Source: Octopus bimaculoides
Taxonomy: Eukaryota
Length of the DNA stretch: 34,047 bases
Assembly: GCF_001194135.2 (NCBI RefSeq)
Contig: NC_068990.1
Coordinates: forward strand, 72,426,191-72,460,237
Reading direction: 5' to 3'
Both the position numbers and the translations under genes were made by a program. This document shows, in pieces, positions 1 through 11,016 of the stretch. Below the pieces are notes generated by a model that was not told where the DNA came from, searched no databases, and worked only from the letters and a program-made list of their open reading frames with translations. Position 1 is the first letter of the stretch, and each line of letters opens with the position of its first letter.

Positions 1-55
<55 letters not shown>

Positions 56-240
56 TATACATATGTATATATATAAACATATATACAAATATATATATAT
101 TTATATGGAGGTGTATATGTATATGTGTATGCATATATACATTTATATATTTATATATATGTACATATATAAATATATATATATGTATGTATGTATTTAT
201 ATATGTATATACATACATACATACATACATACATATGTAT
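1..240. repeat. (TA)n / (TACA)n compound microsatellite
   Basis: Direct reading; explains the spurious Y/I/M-rich ORF 63..542. Confidence 0.95.
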
Positions 241-539
241 TTGTGTGGGTTGGTATTATATTTGTACAATCTTATATATGTATTGATGTATTGCTCTCTC
301 GCTTTATGAACCTATCTATTTCTCTATTAATGTATGCAGGTAACAATCTATCTGCCTGGCTGTATCAATCAATCTATCTTGTTAACTACCTGTCTGTCTT
401 CTCTAAGTACATTATACTAACCAGCACCATCACCACTACCTGCCACCAATGGCTGCCACCCCACCCCCACTACAATCACCAATATTACCACAATCATCGT
501 CATCGTTATCACCACCACCACTATCATCATATTCATCAT

Positions 540-810
540 TAGCGTTCAGGCTTTCCAAATGATCTAAACAAATGATTTGTTTATAGTGATGAAATGTGTG
601 TGCTGCACATTATCTTGCACTCTCCATCAAATTGCCATTGCCTCTTAACAGGTGCACAGTGTGCCATGCATCAAGTGTCAAAGTGATTGCAGAGCAATGT
701 GAAATGAAGTGTCTTGCTCAAGAACACAATGCACCACCCAGTCTAGGAATTGAAATCATGATTGCTAGATCGTGAGTGCAACACCCTAACCACTAGGCCA
801 TGCATCCTCA
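540..810 (-). mobile_element. tRNA-derived SINE with CORE-like central motif
   Basis: Minus strand begins TGAGGATGCATGGCCTAGTGGTTAGG (A-box-like), then GATTTCAATTCC (B-box-like), then TGTGTTCTTGAGCAAGACACTT. Left boundary approximate. Confidence 0.7.

Positions 811-863
<53 letters not shown>
811..863. repeat. (AAT)n microsatellite
   Basis: Perfect AAT array. Confidence 0.95.
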
Positions 864-864
<1 letters not shown>

Positions 865-894
865 CATCATACTGTTTCACAAACCACAATGCAA

Positions 895-1963
895 AATATA
901 TTGTTCACCATAAAGTTTTGTGCCCAGCGAAGCATTTATTCATGTTGGGAGACACACAATAGTCAAATGGAACCAAATCACAAAAATATGGAGGGTGATC
1001 AACCAGTTCAAGCCAGTCACGCAAGCAGCCATTGAAACCAAGGACTTATGTGCTGAAGCATTGTGCTAATGAAACAAGACCCTATTCATCAGTTTTTCTG
1101 GGCGTTTGGTTTTGACAGCCTTTCATAACTACCTTAGCAAGTTGGTATAGAACTCTCCATTGATGGTGTAGTCATTTTGAAGATAGTCAACAAGTACAAT
1201 GTCTTTTGCATTCCAAATAACTGAGGCCATCACTTTCCCTGCAGACGAAATAACCTTGCATTCTTTGGAGCAGGTGAAATAGAGTGTTTCCACTGCATGG
1301 ATTGCCTCTTTGTTTCTGGTTCAATGTGATGAAGCCAATACACATCCTAGCTTAGGAAACATTCAAGGAAACAAGCTGGATCTGTCTCAAACAATATCAC
1401 ATATTTCCATAATATGATCAGCCTGGTGTGTTTTTGATGAAGTGTCAGAAGACATGGCACCCACTAAGCACAAACCTTTGTTCATGCTAATTTCATTGTG
1501 CAGAATATTTTCCACTCTCATGGGATATGCTAATAACATTGACTATCTACTTTATAGTCAATCACCTGTCATCCATCACCATGTGGTAAACATGATCAAT
1601 GTTTTCCTCAGTGGTGGCAGCTGCAGGACGTCCAGACCATGGATCTTCTCAAGACTCTCTCTTCCCCTATTAAATTCAGCTGCCATTTTTGTACTGTTGA
1701 TAACGCTGGAGCATCATCCCGTCATGTATCAACCTTGAGAGCTTAACCCTTTTTCTGCAGGTATTTGATTATGGTGTAATGAAAAAGTTCGTTGATTTTC
1801 AAGAGAAGTTGCTAATAGTTACATTTGAATCAGATGTCAGTTTAACTGGAAAGAAATAATGCAGTTATTAATAAGAAGTCGTGAAATTACTGCAATCAAG
1901 ATTCCACAACTCTCGTATTTCTCCTTCAGTGGCAGCCTATAAATTTTTCAGCTCCCTCTCGTA
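895..1963 (-). mobile_element. Decayed mariner transposon (5' TIR plus most of the transposase pseudogene)
   Basis: Minus-strand translation with stops and frameshifts: KYLQKKG...SGRPAAATTEENID...WVPCLLT...WLHHIEPETKRQSMQWKH...AGKVMASVIW...VLFH*HNASAHKS...HPPYFCDLVPFD. Minus-strand start TACGAGAGGGAGCTGAAAAATTT (1941-1963) is a mariner-type TIR with TA. Confidence 0.9.
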
Positions 1964-2347
1964 CATATGTAAAAGTGCCAAAATGAGAGTAGAAAATTGT
2001 TGAGAATAATTTGAAGAACTTTTCCAAATGTACAAGACAGAATAAGCTGCATTAGTATCAACACTTGCAAGAATGAATGACAGCATCAGAAGCTCTCCAC
2101 TTTCAACAATGTCATGCAATTATTTGACTAAAGCTTCTTTTTCCGTCCACAGGCCAGTAAGGAGCTTGATTTGTGATGATGGGGAGAGCAAGTAAAATGC
2201 AGAAAAAGCACCACCAAGGAACAGACACAGCTACTGATGATCAACGATCTTAGTACATTTCAGTCATATCATCCTGGATCCAGCAGGGCCACCCACTAAA
2301 CGGTACTGCTCTGGGAGATTGGGATGCAATTTGGTATGGTTGCACCT

Positions 2348-2605
2348 CCACTGGCATGGGTTGGACAGTTTGACCAGGGCTGGTAAGCCGAGGGGCTGCA
2401 CCGGACTCCAGTCTGATTTGGCATGGTTTCTATGGCTGAACGTCCTTCCTAACGCCAACCACTCTGAGAGTGTAATGGGTGCTTTTGTATGCCACCAGCA
2501 TGGGTGCCAGTTGCATGACACCAGTATTTGCTATGACTATGATTTCATTTAGCTTGATGGGTCTTCTTCTCAAGCACAGCATATTGCCAAATGTCTCAGT
2601 CGTGT
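2348..2605 (-). mobile_element. RTE-clade LINE 3' end (RT C-terminus plus 3' UTR)
   Basis: Reverse complement of about 2545-2600 matches 26937-26994 (end of the RTE RT in this window); the 3' UTR matches 11600-11735. Confidence 0.8.
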
Positions 2606-2886
2606 CATTGCCTCCTTGAGGCCCAACACTTGAAAAGTGCTTTTTATGTGCCACCGGCATCAGTCACATTGCTTCCATGAGGCCCAACACTCAAAAGATG
2701 CTTTTTACATGTCACCAGCATTGGTCACATTGCCTCAGTGAGACCTTACATTCGAATGATGCTTTTTACATGCCACCAGCATCAGCCACATTGCCCAATG
2801 CTCAAAAGGTGCTTTTTATGTGTCACCGGCATCGATCATATTACTTCCATGAGGCTCAATGCTCGAAAGGTGCTCTTTATGTGCCA
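2606..2886 (-). repeat. 61-bp minisatellite, 5 units, RTE-derived
   Basis: Units start at 2606, 2667, 2728, 2789 (this unit is 11 bp short) and 2839 (partial); shared core TGCTTTTTAYRTGYCACCRGCAT. Confidence 0.9.
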
Positions 2887-3001
2887 GTTTATATAAAGAT
2901 ATAAACAGGAGTTTATAAAAATGCAATTGAAGACAGCTATGTAAACTTTGTAAATTCTTTGGAAGATTATCGTGATGGAATATGTCTTCACAGCCAACTT
3001 A

Positions 3002-3225
3002 TCTCTTATCTTTTAGTTGTTTTGGTCATTCGGTTGCAGCCATGCTGGGGCACTGCCTTGAAAGGTTCAGTCAAACAAATTGACCCCAGTATTTATTTTA
3101 AAGCCAGGTACTTACTCCCTTGGTCTCTTTTACTGAACTGCTAGGTTACAGGGTTGTAAACAAACCAGTACTCATTATCAAGTGATGGAGGGTGAGAAAC
3201 ACAAATATAAATATAAACACACAAA
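3002..3225 (-). mobile_element. 3' half of tRNA-derived SINE (same family as 3228-3660)
   Basis: Contains GCAGCCATGCTGGGGCACTGCC and GGTCTCTTTTACTGAACTGCTAGGTTAC, reverse complements of the family tail seen at 25290-25468 and 19700-19756. Confidence 0.75.
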
Positions 3226-3227
3226 CA

Positions 3228-3660
3228 TTTCTCTTTTATCTTTTACTTATCTTGTGTGGCCATGCTGGAGCACTGCTTTGAAGGGTTTTGGTTGCACAAA
3301 TTGATCTTTGGTACTTATTTTGGTGGTCTCTTTCTTTTAAGCCTGGCACTTATTCTATCAGCCTCTTTTGCCAAGCTGCTAAATTATGGGGACGTAAACA
3401 CACCAACACCAGTTGTCAAGCTGTGACGAGGTGAACAAACACAGCAGAAACAAAGACACACACACATAGATATATACATATTTATATATAAATATATACA
3501 TGACAGGCTTCCTTCAATTTCCATCTAGCAAATCCACTCATAAGGCTTTGGTTAACCTGAGGCTATAGCAGAAAACACTTAACCATGGTGCCATGCAGTG
3601 GAACTGAACCCAGAACCATGCAGTTGGGAAGCAAGCCTCTTACCACACAGCCACACCTGT
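3228..3660 (-). mobile_element. Near full-length tRNA-derived SINE (octopus OK/OR-like), diverged
   Basis: Reverse complement aligns head to tail with 33754-34047: GGCTGTGTGGTAAG head, GGTTCAGTTCC B-box, internal (TA)/(TG) tract, CCAGCATGGCC tail. Confidence 0.85.
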
Positions 3661-3745
3661 GCCTATATATATACACATATAGGTAAACTGACAGACAAAC
3701 AGACAAATAGATCGATCGATAGATAGATAGACACAATAGTGTTTA

Positions 3746-3892
3746 TTTCAGCTTCTATTTACCAAATCCACTCACAAGCTTTTGGTTGGCCTGGGGCTAT
3801 ACTAGAAGACACTTGCCTAAGGTGTCACATGGAGGGACTGAACTTGAAAACTTGTGGTTGCGAAGCAAGCTTCTTACCACATAGCCATGCCT
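3746..3892 (-). mobile_element. SINE head fragment, same family
   Basis: CAAATCCACTCACAAG...AGAAGACACTTGCCTAAGG...CTTACCACATAGCCA is the reverse complement of the head at 33754. Confidence 0.85.
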
Positions 3893-4261
3893 GATTATAA
3901 GAAAAAAAATTACACAGATCAAAGTAAGAAATATAGTTAGTGGGTTAATGAATTCCCCAGAGAGTGAACTTGGTAAGGTTGTGCATCTGTGAGATAGTAG
4001 TGAGAGGTGTAAAGATACAGAAATATAAAGTGCAGTTGTGTGAATGTTTTTGGAGTCATAGATTAGCAATGATATTTTCCCAAGAGGATTAAGTAAAAGA
4101 TGCTTGAAACAATAGCAATGCAGAATGAGAGGGGGAGGGGGAGGGGAGAAGGAACGAGAGGGGGAGGCAGAGGAGCAGGAGGAGGTGAGGAATTGTGGAA
4201 ATAGTGAGGTGTAGAAAAAGGAAGAGTGGGAAGAGGATAGTATGAGAGGAGCGGAAGAAGA

Positions 4262-4305
4262 AGAAGTTGTAGTAGTAGTAGAAGCAGCAGCAGTAGTAAC
4301 AGTAT

Positions 4306-4338
<33 letters not shown>

Positions 4339-4468
4339 CAGCAGCAGCAGCAGTAGTAGTAGCAGCAGCAGCAGTAGTAGTAGTAGTAGTAGTCGTAGTA
4401 GTAGTAGTAGTAGTAGTAGCAGCAGCAGCAGAAGCAGCAGTAGTAGTAGTAGTAGTAATAGTAGTAGT

Positions 4469-4509
<41 letters not shown>

Positions 4510-4660
4510 CAGCAGCAGCAGTAGTAGTAGTAGCAGCAGCAGTAGTAGTAGCAGCAGTAGTAGTAGTAGTAGTAGCAGCAGTAGTAGTAGTAGTAGTAGA
4601 ACAACAGCACCAATAACAATAACAACAACAACAACACTAATAGTAGCAGCAACAAGAATA
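4262..4660. repeat. Compound (GTA)n/(GCA)n then (CAA/TAA)n microsatellite
   Basis: Direct reading; source of the poly-V/A and poly-Y/C ORFs. Confidence 0.95.
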
Positions 4661-4967
4661 ATACAAGAAAAAATAAATAATCTGAGACAAAATATTTAAA
4701 AAAATAAACCTTACAAAATGAAGAATTACAATACAGCTGTTGACTCCTTTGGGAAATTATTACAAATATGAGATTATACAAGGATTTCTGTCTGGTCCCT
4801 TCATCTTTCACAGTCATAAGAATTGGCTGCAAGCTTCTAAGATTTCTCACAGAAGTTACCAGTGACAGAAAAAGAAAATATGCTTAAAAACAAATATGTT
4901 TGTGCATGTGTTTGTGTGTGTGTGTGTAGAAGTGTTAAGACTAATCTTTCTGGTTGTGTAAACCACT

Positions 4968-5175
4968 CATTGTGGTGCCATGTAAAAACGTTCAAGTGGT
5001 GCCATGTAAAAGTACCTGTGCGGCATCACAGAAAAGCATCCATGATGTGCCATGTAAAAGTGCCAGTGCAGTGCTATATAAAAGCACCCATGTAGTGCCA
5101 CATAAAAGCACCTTTTATCAAGTAAAAATACCTGTGTGGTTCCCATGCTGTGCCTTATAAAAACATCTAGCACAT
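4968..5175 (+). repeat. About 24-bp degenerate minisatellite (GTGCCATGTAAAAGCACC core)
   Basis: About 8 degenerate units of GTGCCAYRTAAAAGYRCC. Confidence 0.8.
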
Positions 5176-5359
5176 AAATGAGTAATATTAGATGTGGATT
5201 CAGAGATTAATGGGGCAATCTCATAAAGCTCCTCGTACAGACTTGGCTATCAGTCTACATAATAATCAATTAGAAAGAAGTGTAATGTAGTGTGTCCAAG
5301 TAACTGAAAGTTCAGAAAATCTAAGCACTAAAATTCTTTCACATACATGCACGCACGCA

Positions 5360-5542
5360 GGTTGTTTTAATCGATTTTCTCGGTAACTATGGGGGCTAGG
5401 AAAAAATATAAAGCGCGTTCCAATCTATGCACCCGTCCCCACATGTGTGCCATTTTCACGCGAATCCACCCAGCCGTTTGGCCGTGAACCTTGAGACAAG
5501 AAAGAATACAACGGTCGCCCATGTTCAATTTATATTATAGAC
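5360..5542 (+). mobile_element. CpG-rich fragment resembling the 3' end of a Lep1-like non-autonomous Helitron
   Basis: TGTGCCATTTTCACGCGAATCCACCCAGCCGTTTGGCCGTGA...TTTATATTATAGAC resembles (from memory) the AAATTTCA..AATCGGTTCAGCCGTTT.GCCGTGA...TATATAG end of that group; much higher CpG density than the flanks. Confidence 0.5.
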
Positions 5543-5704
5543 TACCATAGGAACATGGCTGTTTCACAACCTTCTTTATGTAGTTTAAATTTCAGTATGG
5601 AAGAAATTATGCATACACATTTGCATTAATTAGTATGTTCAGCATTATACAATACATGTGTATATTAACGTAAATTAATGTTAATTAATGTTAATTAATG
5701 TAAA

Positions 5705-6200
5705 TAAAGTTAGCTTGCTCATCAAGTCACTGGAACATTAAGGTTATGCCAACAATTCAGCTTGTTGATATAACCATAATATGTCTTTCTCAACTGCACC
5801 CCACGCATAGTAATCCATAAGGTTGCAACTGGGGGAAATTAAGAAGCCAGAAATTAGGACTGTTGAAGACTTAGAAATTCTCTGACAACTACCTCTGACT
5901 CTTTCCAAAGGTACAGCAAGAGCTGAATCCTATTGCCAAATATATGGCCTTCCAGCAGCAGCCCACTCCAGCCAGATATTGACCACAGTCTCCAGTAGCT
6001 TCACATAGCTGTCTGAATTGAGCCTAGGTCTCTATTCAAAGATGTATTACCCTCGCTGGAGACAATAACCAAAGACCATCACACTTTGGAGGAACTTAGT
6101 TATTATGATGTCCATGTCATGCCTTACTGCTTTTACAGTGTTCAGAGAGCAGCAATCATTTTGATAGCTGGTACGAATCATCATGATACAGGTAAAGCTT
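5705..6200 (-). mobile_element. Decayed maT (DD37D)-like transposase fragment
   Basis: Minus strand gives TKFLQSVMVFG..VSSEG...LNSDSYVKLLETVVNIWLEWAAAGRPYIWQ*DSA...SPNFW..NSPSCNLMDYYAWGAVEKD, the xQDSAP...WPPxSPDxNPxDY pattern of maT elements. Confidence 0.75.
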
Positions 6201-6699
6201 TTCTAATATTCTGATAGCTTCCAGTCCTCCATGTTATATATAAAAATATAGATAAAATAAAATAAAATAAGACTAATAAATTTTCTAATTCTTCTTCTTA
6301 TTTTATTAGTCGTATTTTATTTTATTTATATTTTTATATTTTTATATTTTTATTTTTATGTTAACTTAAATGGCTCTGTGCCCCTTATAACAAATATCAT
6401 TCATTTATTTACCCCGGAGAATAATGGTTTATTAATAACCAGTCTTTTGTTTTAAAATCCTAACTGACCAATTATATCTAGCAGTGGCCCCTGATCTACC
6501 TTCTTTGGACAATAGGTGGATTGACTGAAATACCTACAAGTAGTAAGTGAAAAATTATATTAATTCCATAAGCAATTTATTATGATAAATACTATTACTT
6601 AGTACTATAAGCATAATTATTATTACTAACACCTTATTGTATTTTTACTCCTCTTTTGACCTATCTTGTTTGTGCAAATAGCTATGATTTTTCTAACTT

Positions 6700-6900
6700 A
6701 TGCCCCTTCCATAGGAATATTCCAACAAATACCCCTTTTATTTTAAATTTTGGTCATTTACTTATCGTCCAATGGCTCTACATGCAACATGACATGACTC
6801 TCACCATATTCAACCTTTCTTTCTTCCTTTCTTGTCTCTTTTTTTATTTATTTTTCCGCTCTGATGAAGCTCCATGATTCAAATCAGTTTTATTACAAAC
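6700..6900 (+). mobile_element. Probable PLE pseudo-LTR remnant with a degenerate hammerhead core (CTGATGA at 6861-6867)
   Basis: Pyrimidine tract containing CTTGTCTCT, then CTGATGAAG; same upstream context as the minus-strand motif at 26123-26167; a PLE ORF relic lies about 300 bp downstream. Confidence 0.35.
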
Positions 6901-7064
6901 TATGATATATATTCTCTTAGCATCATAATGGTAATTCCAAAGAACACTGGCAGCAGTTAGAGGGGATGCAGTCTTTTGGTAAATTATTAATAGATAATAA
7001 TTGATGCAAATCAATTGTTGTTCATAAATGTTATCCCCATTTTCTGTTTTCTTTATATATGTAT

Positions 7065-7097
<33 letters not shown>

Positions 7098-7179
7098 AGT
7101 AAAGCAACAACAAGAAAGCTAGGTACGTCTATTTACACATAAAGATACATTTAATCGAACAGAAAAATGTAAATGTGTG

Positions 7180-7500
7180 GAAATTAAGAATATACTGTCC
7201 AACTTACATAAAAGAAAACAATCTTTCAAACAAGATAGAGTTTTCAAAACATCTCACAACCCTACCTATGCAGCAACAAATATTAGTTCCATTACAACTT
7301 CCCAATCCAATACTATAATAAATTCCAATATGGATTCTCCCCCACTAACAACAAACCACCCAACCCCAACATCACTAATAGTAAACCCCAACCAGAGAAC
7401 AAATAGAAAAACTTGCAACTGTTGCACATCTGAAGCATGCCCTCTTGCAGGTTCCTGTCTCCACAAAAACGTAATCTATAAGTGCTGTGTGATGACATCC
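7180..7500 (+). mobile_element. Penelope-like element ORF fragment (RT-to-GIY-YIG linker, Cys-rich motif)
   Basis: EIKNILSNLHKRK...TCNCCTSEACPLAGSCLHKNVIYKCCV fits the CNC-x4-CPLxGxC-x3-NVIY motif that precedes the GIY-YIG domain of PLEs; truncated before the catalytic part. Confidence 0.75.
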
Positions 7501-7927
7501 CAAGTTGTAATCTCTTGAGCACTTCGAAGGAAAGGTTCTTTATCGCAAATAGCTGTTACATGGTAAAAGGGCATGATAGAAATAGCAGCTGAGTCTTTGG
7601 AGGTGAGATGTTGAATGCACTTGAAAAAATCTATGGGAAAAAATTATTTCACACTTAGTTTACAAACGGGTCCTTTTAAAAATGTGAAAACAAATTTTTG
7701 TAATGGTATTTACTTGAAAATAATTTAATAAAAAACATTAAAATGTTGTCTGTTTAAAGAAAGCTAAAATATAAATACTTACTGTACAAACAACTTACAT
7801 TTTTGAAATCACATCCACTTAAAAATATTTCTAAATGATAAAAATATTGTGTTTAACAAACACAGAAATAGAAACATTTACTATAAAAAGCAAATCGTAT
7901 TTTTTCATTGTCAAGTCACTGTGTCTA

Positions 7928-8536
7928 ATCGAAAGGTAAAAGTTTCTTCCCTTTCAGGGTTAAGTTATTTTTGGAGAATTGCCAAAATCCTTAATATCTC
8001 AATAACCAGTTGCCTGATTTATGCAAAACTTGTTTTATTCCATTCGTATTCCCATTTCATNNNNNNNNNNNNNNNNNNNNNNNNNNNNNNNNNNNNNNNN
8101 NNNNNNNNNNNNNNNNNNNNNNNNNNNNNNNNNNNNNNNNNNNNNNNNNNNNNNNNNNNNNNNNNNNNNNNNNNNNNNNNNNNNNNNNNNNNNNNNNNNN
8201 NNNNNNNNNNNNNNNNNNNNNNNNNNNNNNNNNNNNNNNNNNNNNNNNNNNNNNNNNNNNNNNNNNNNNATATAATACATTAAACGTTAGTTTGAATCTT
8301 GCTTGCTTGCTTGCAATGTTACCCAGCCAAACAGGAGCATAATGGCAAAATATTATGAATTAACTTTACTCTGAAATGTTAATATGAATGGAATGAAACA
8401 AGTTTTGCATAAATCAGAGCAGTAGTTATTGAGATATTTGGGGTTTGGGGGGTATATTTACCCAAAACGGTGGATAATGGAAAGATGTTTGGAATTTAAC
8501 TTCATCCTGAAAGGGAAGAAACTCTAACCTTTTGAT
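7928..8536. mobile_element. Fold-back/MITE-like element with two pairs of inverted arms spanning an assembly gap
   Basis: 7928-7966 is the reverse complement of 8498-8536 (shared AGTTTCTTCCCTTTCAGG); 7993-8060 is the reverse complement of 8372-8438 (shared CTGATTTATGCAAAACTTGTTT). Confidence 0.75.
8061..8269. other. Assembly gap (first of nine; others at 12025-12122, 14162-14570, 19757-20182, 21097-21566, 25852-26122, 27271-27644, 30819-31378, 32366-32886)
   Basis: N runs; seven of the nine abut (TA)n arrays. Confidence 0.95.
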
Positions 8537-8654
8537 GTCACATTATTTGGAAGCATGCAAAATAACCTGGAAAAGAAAGAAACCCCAAAAGACAAAACTT
8601 CGTTGCTGAGAAACACAGTTTCTTAGTGACCTAACGGGTCACAAGTAGTCTAGG

Positions 8655-8755
8655 GTATATATATATATATATATATATATATGAATATGTGTATCTATAT
8701 ATACATATGTATGTATATATATATATGTGTGTATGTGTGTGTGTGTGTTTATGTA

Positions 8756-8806
<51 letters not shown>

Positions 8807-9120
8807 GATGATGATGGTGATGATGATGATGATTATGTTGATGATGGTCATATATATATGTGTGTGTATGTGTGTGTGTGTATAAAGATGTATATATATA
8901 TATACACACATATTTATGTACATATATGTGTATATATATATATGTAAATATATATGTACATATATGTGTGTGTCTGTGTCTATATGTATGAATGAATGAA
9001 CTTATTGTATACACTGCTCAATTGTTATATACATGAATACATACATGTATATATGTATATATGTACACAAATACACACAAACACATAAACACACATGTAC
9101 ATATGCACACACACATATAC
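8655..9120. repeat. Compound (TA)n/(TG)n/(GAT)n/(CA)n microsatellite block
   Basis: Direct reading. Confidence 0.9.
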
Positions 9121-9538
9121 ATTTTTTTTAAATAATGGAAACAAAATAACTAAAATTGTGTAGAGTTTTAGAAAATGATAAAAAAATGTTTGAAAGAAAA
9201 TAACAGTTAAGTTTCCTAAGTTTGGAATTGTAGCAATGAATAATTAATTGAAGCAACAAGTTTTAAGTTCAACGACCATCTGTGAAGTCTTATCTACATA
9301 TACTTTTATTTCAAGAAGTTTTCATTCATGTCTGATTTATAACAGTAAGTAATATTAATAATTAATGACAGAGATTGGCCAGTATAATTGTCTATGATGT
9401 TAGTGAATATAACTTTGATCAAAAACAATCATACTGTGACCACCTCCACTGTATTTCTCTTTACCTTAAGTCTTTGTGTTAAATATTTTCTGTTGGTCAC
9501 AACAATGAACATTCATTTGTTCAAATTATCTAAATTCC

Positions 9539-10180
9539 TATGAGGTGGTATCAACAACTTTCCGGACTAGTTCAGTAGTGCACCAATAGATGGCAACACA
9601 TGGTTGTGTGCACAGTGAGAGCTAGCAGTGACCTTCATGAGGTGGTGTGCTGAGTGACATTGTATTTACTTTGCAAGTTGTGAAATTTGTGTTTCGTGAT
9701 CACGTGTATGCTGTAGTCAGCAATTTTGACATGGACAGGAACAAAGAGCCAAGATGAAATTTTACATTAAACTTGGGAAGTCTGCTACAGAGGCATTGAG
9801 CATACAGTGATGAGGCAATGGGTCGTATGAAATGTTTCAAGTCACACGGGTGCTTCAAAAGTGGAAGAACATCTCTAGAAGACGATGAGCATGACCCCTG
9901 GAAATGTGGTACTGTCCATCGAGAATTCATTCCATAGGGCCAGACCATCAATCGCGACTGTGATGCTTTGAAACATTTGAAGGAGGACATTTGGTGAAAG
10001 GAACCAGATCTGTGGAGCACAAAGAATTGGACACAAAGAATTGGATTTTCACCAAGCTCTCCACATTTGTAAGCTTCTCACTAAAAACAATATGGTATTA
10101 CTTCTGCACCGACCCTATTTGCCAGATTTAGCACCTGCAGACTTCCATCTCTTCCCCAATATGAAAGGGCAGCTCAAAGG
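9539..10180 (+). mobile_element. Internally deleted mariner transposon
   Basis: Starts TATGAGGTGGTATCAACAACTTTCCGGACT (TIR-like). Encodes MDRNKE..MKFYIKLGKSATE...FKSGRTSLEDDE, then after a large deletion HREFIP*GQTINRD...LHRPYLPDLAPADFHLFPNMKGQLKG. Confidence 0.85.
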
Positions 10181-10334
10181 TAAATAAGTTATTTTTTATT
10201 AAACATAACTAGTCTTGGAATTTTTGGTACCACCTTATACTTGTGATATAAACTTGTAATCAGTTGAGTATCCCATACTTGTGTACCTTTAATCCTGTTC
10301 TCGGACTGAATCAGTACAATGCAATGTTTCAAGA

Positions 10335-10337
<3 letters not shown>

Positions 10338-10427
<90 letters not shown>
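10338..10427. repeat. Perfect (GAT)n, about 30 units
   Basis: Direct reading. Confidence 0.95.
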
Positions 10428-11016
10428 ACACATCTGACAGGATTCTGCACAGTTTCTTTCCATCATCCAAATTTCATATGTGCCAGATGATGAAAGGTTT
10501 GAGTGTGACAGAGAGACAAAAACAGGTGTCTTACTGCAGAGGAGATGCATGGTTATTCAATCAGAGAGAGAGAGAGAGAGAGAGAGAAAGAAAGAGAAGG
10601 AGTGATCAAGATTGAGGTAGGTAATAGGTGTGTTGCTGTAGAGGAGGTACAATGTCAATCAGTCAGAGTGACAAAGCAAGAGGAAGAGAGAGAGAATGAA
10701 AAAGTACAAGAGTACAAGAGAGCAGGAGAGAGATGGTGGTGAAGTGTCAGGGCTTGCTCACAAGGAACGGTCATCAGAATATAAAGGAGAAGGAGATAAG
10801 GTGAAAAGGTGGATGAGCATGCCCTCAAGATACAGGGTCAGAATATAAATGGTAGGGTACTGCCAAGGTGCATGAGTAGGGAGTAGAGACTTCACATGAA
10901 TGCAAAGAGTGTTTGGGGAGTGTGGTGGGGGCGTATGCAGTGTCTAGTAAAACCTGGGCATATACACATGAACATACATTTATATATATTCATATAAATA
11001 TATATATGTATATATA

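Noticed and set aside
2150-2190. Acceptor TTTTTCCGTCCACAG with a short open frame (PVRSLICDDGES)
   Set aside because: Weak donor and no homology.
2606-2886. Regularly spaced repeats as a possible CRISPR array
   Set aside because: Units are contiguous with no unique spacers, derive from an RTE LINE, and the context is eukaryotic.
10487-10525. Possible 39-nt plus-strand exon (DERFECDRETKT)
   Set aside because: Only moderate splice signals and no recognisable homology; chance level.
10771-10777. Minus-strand CTGATGA
   Set aside because: No helix II or GAAA follows.
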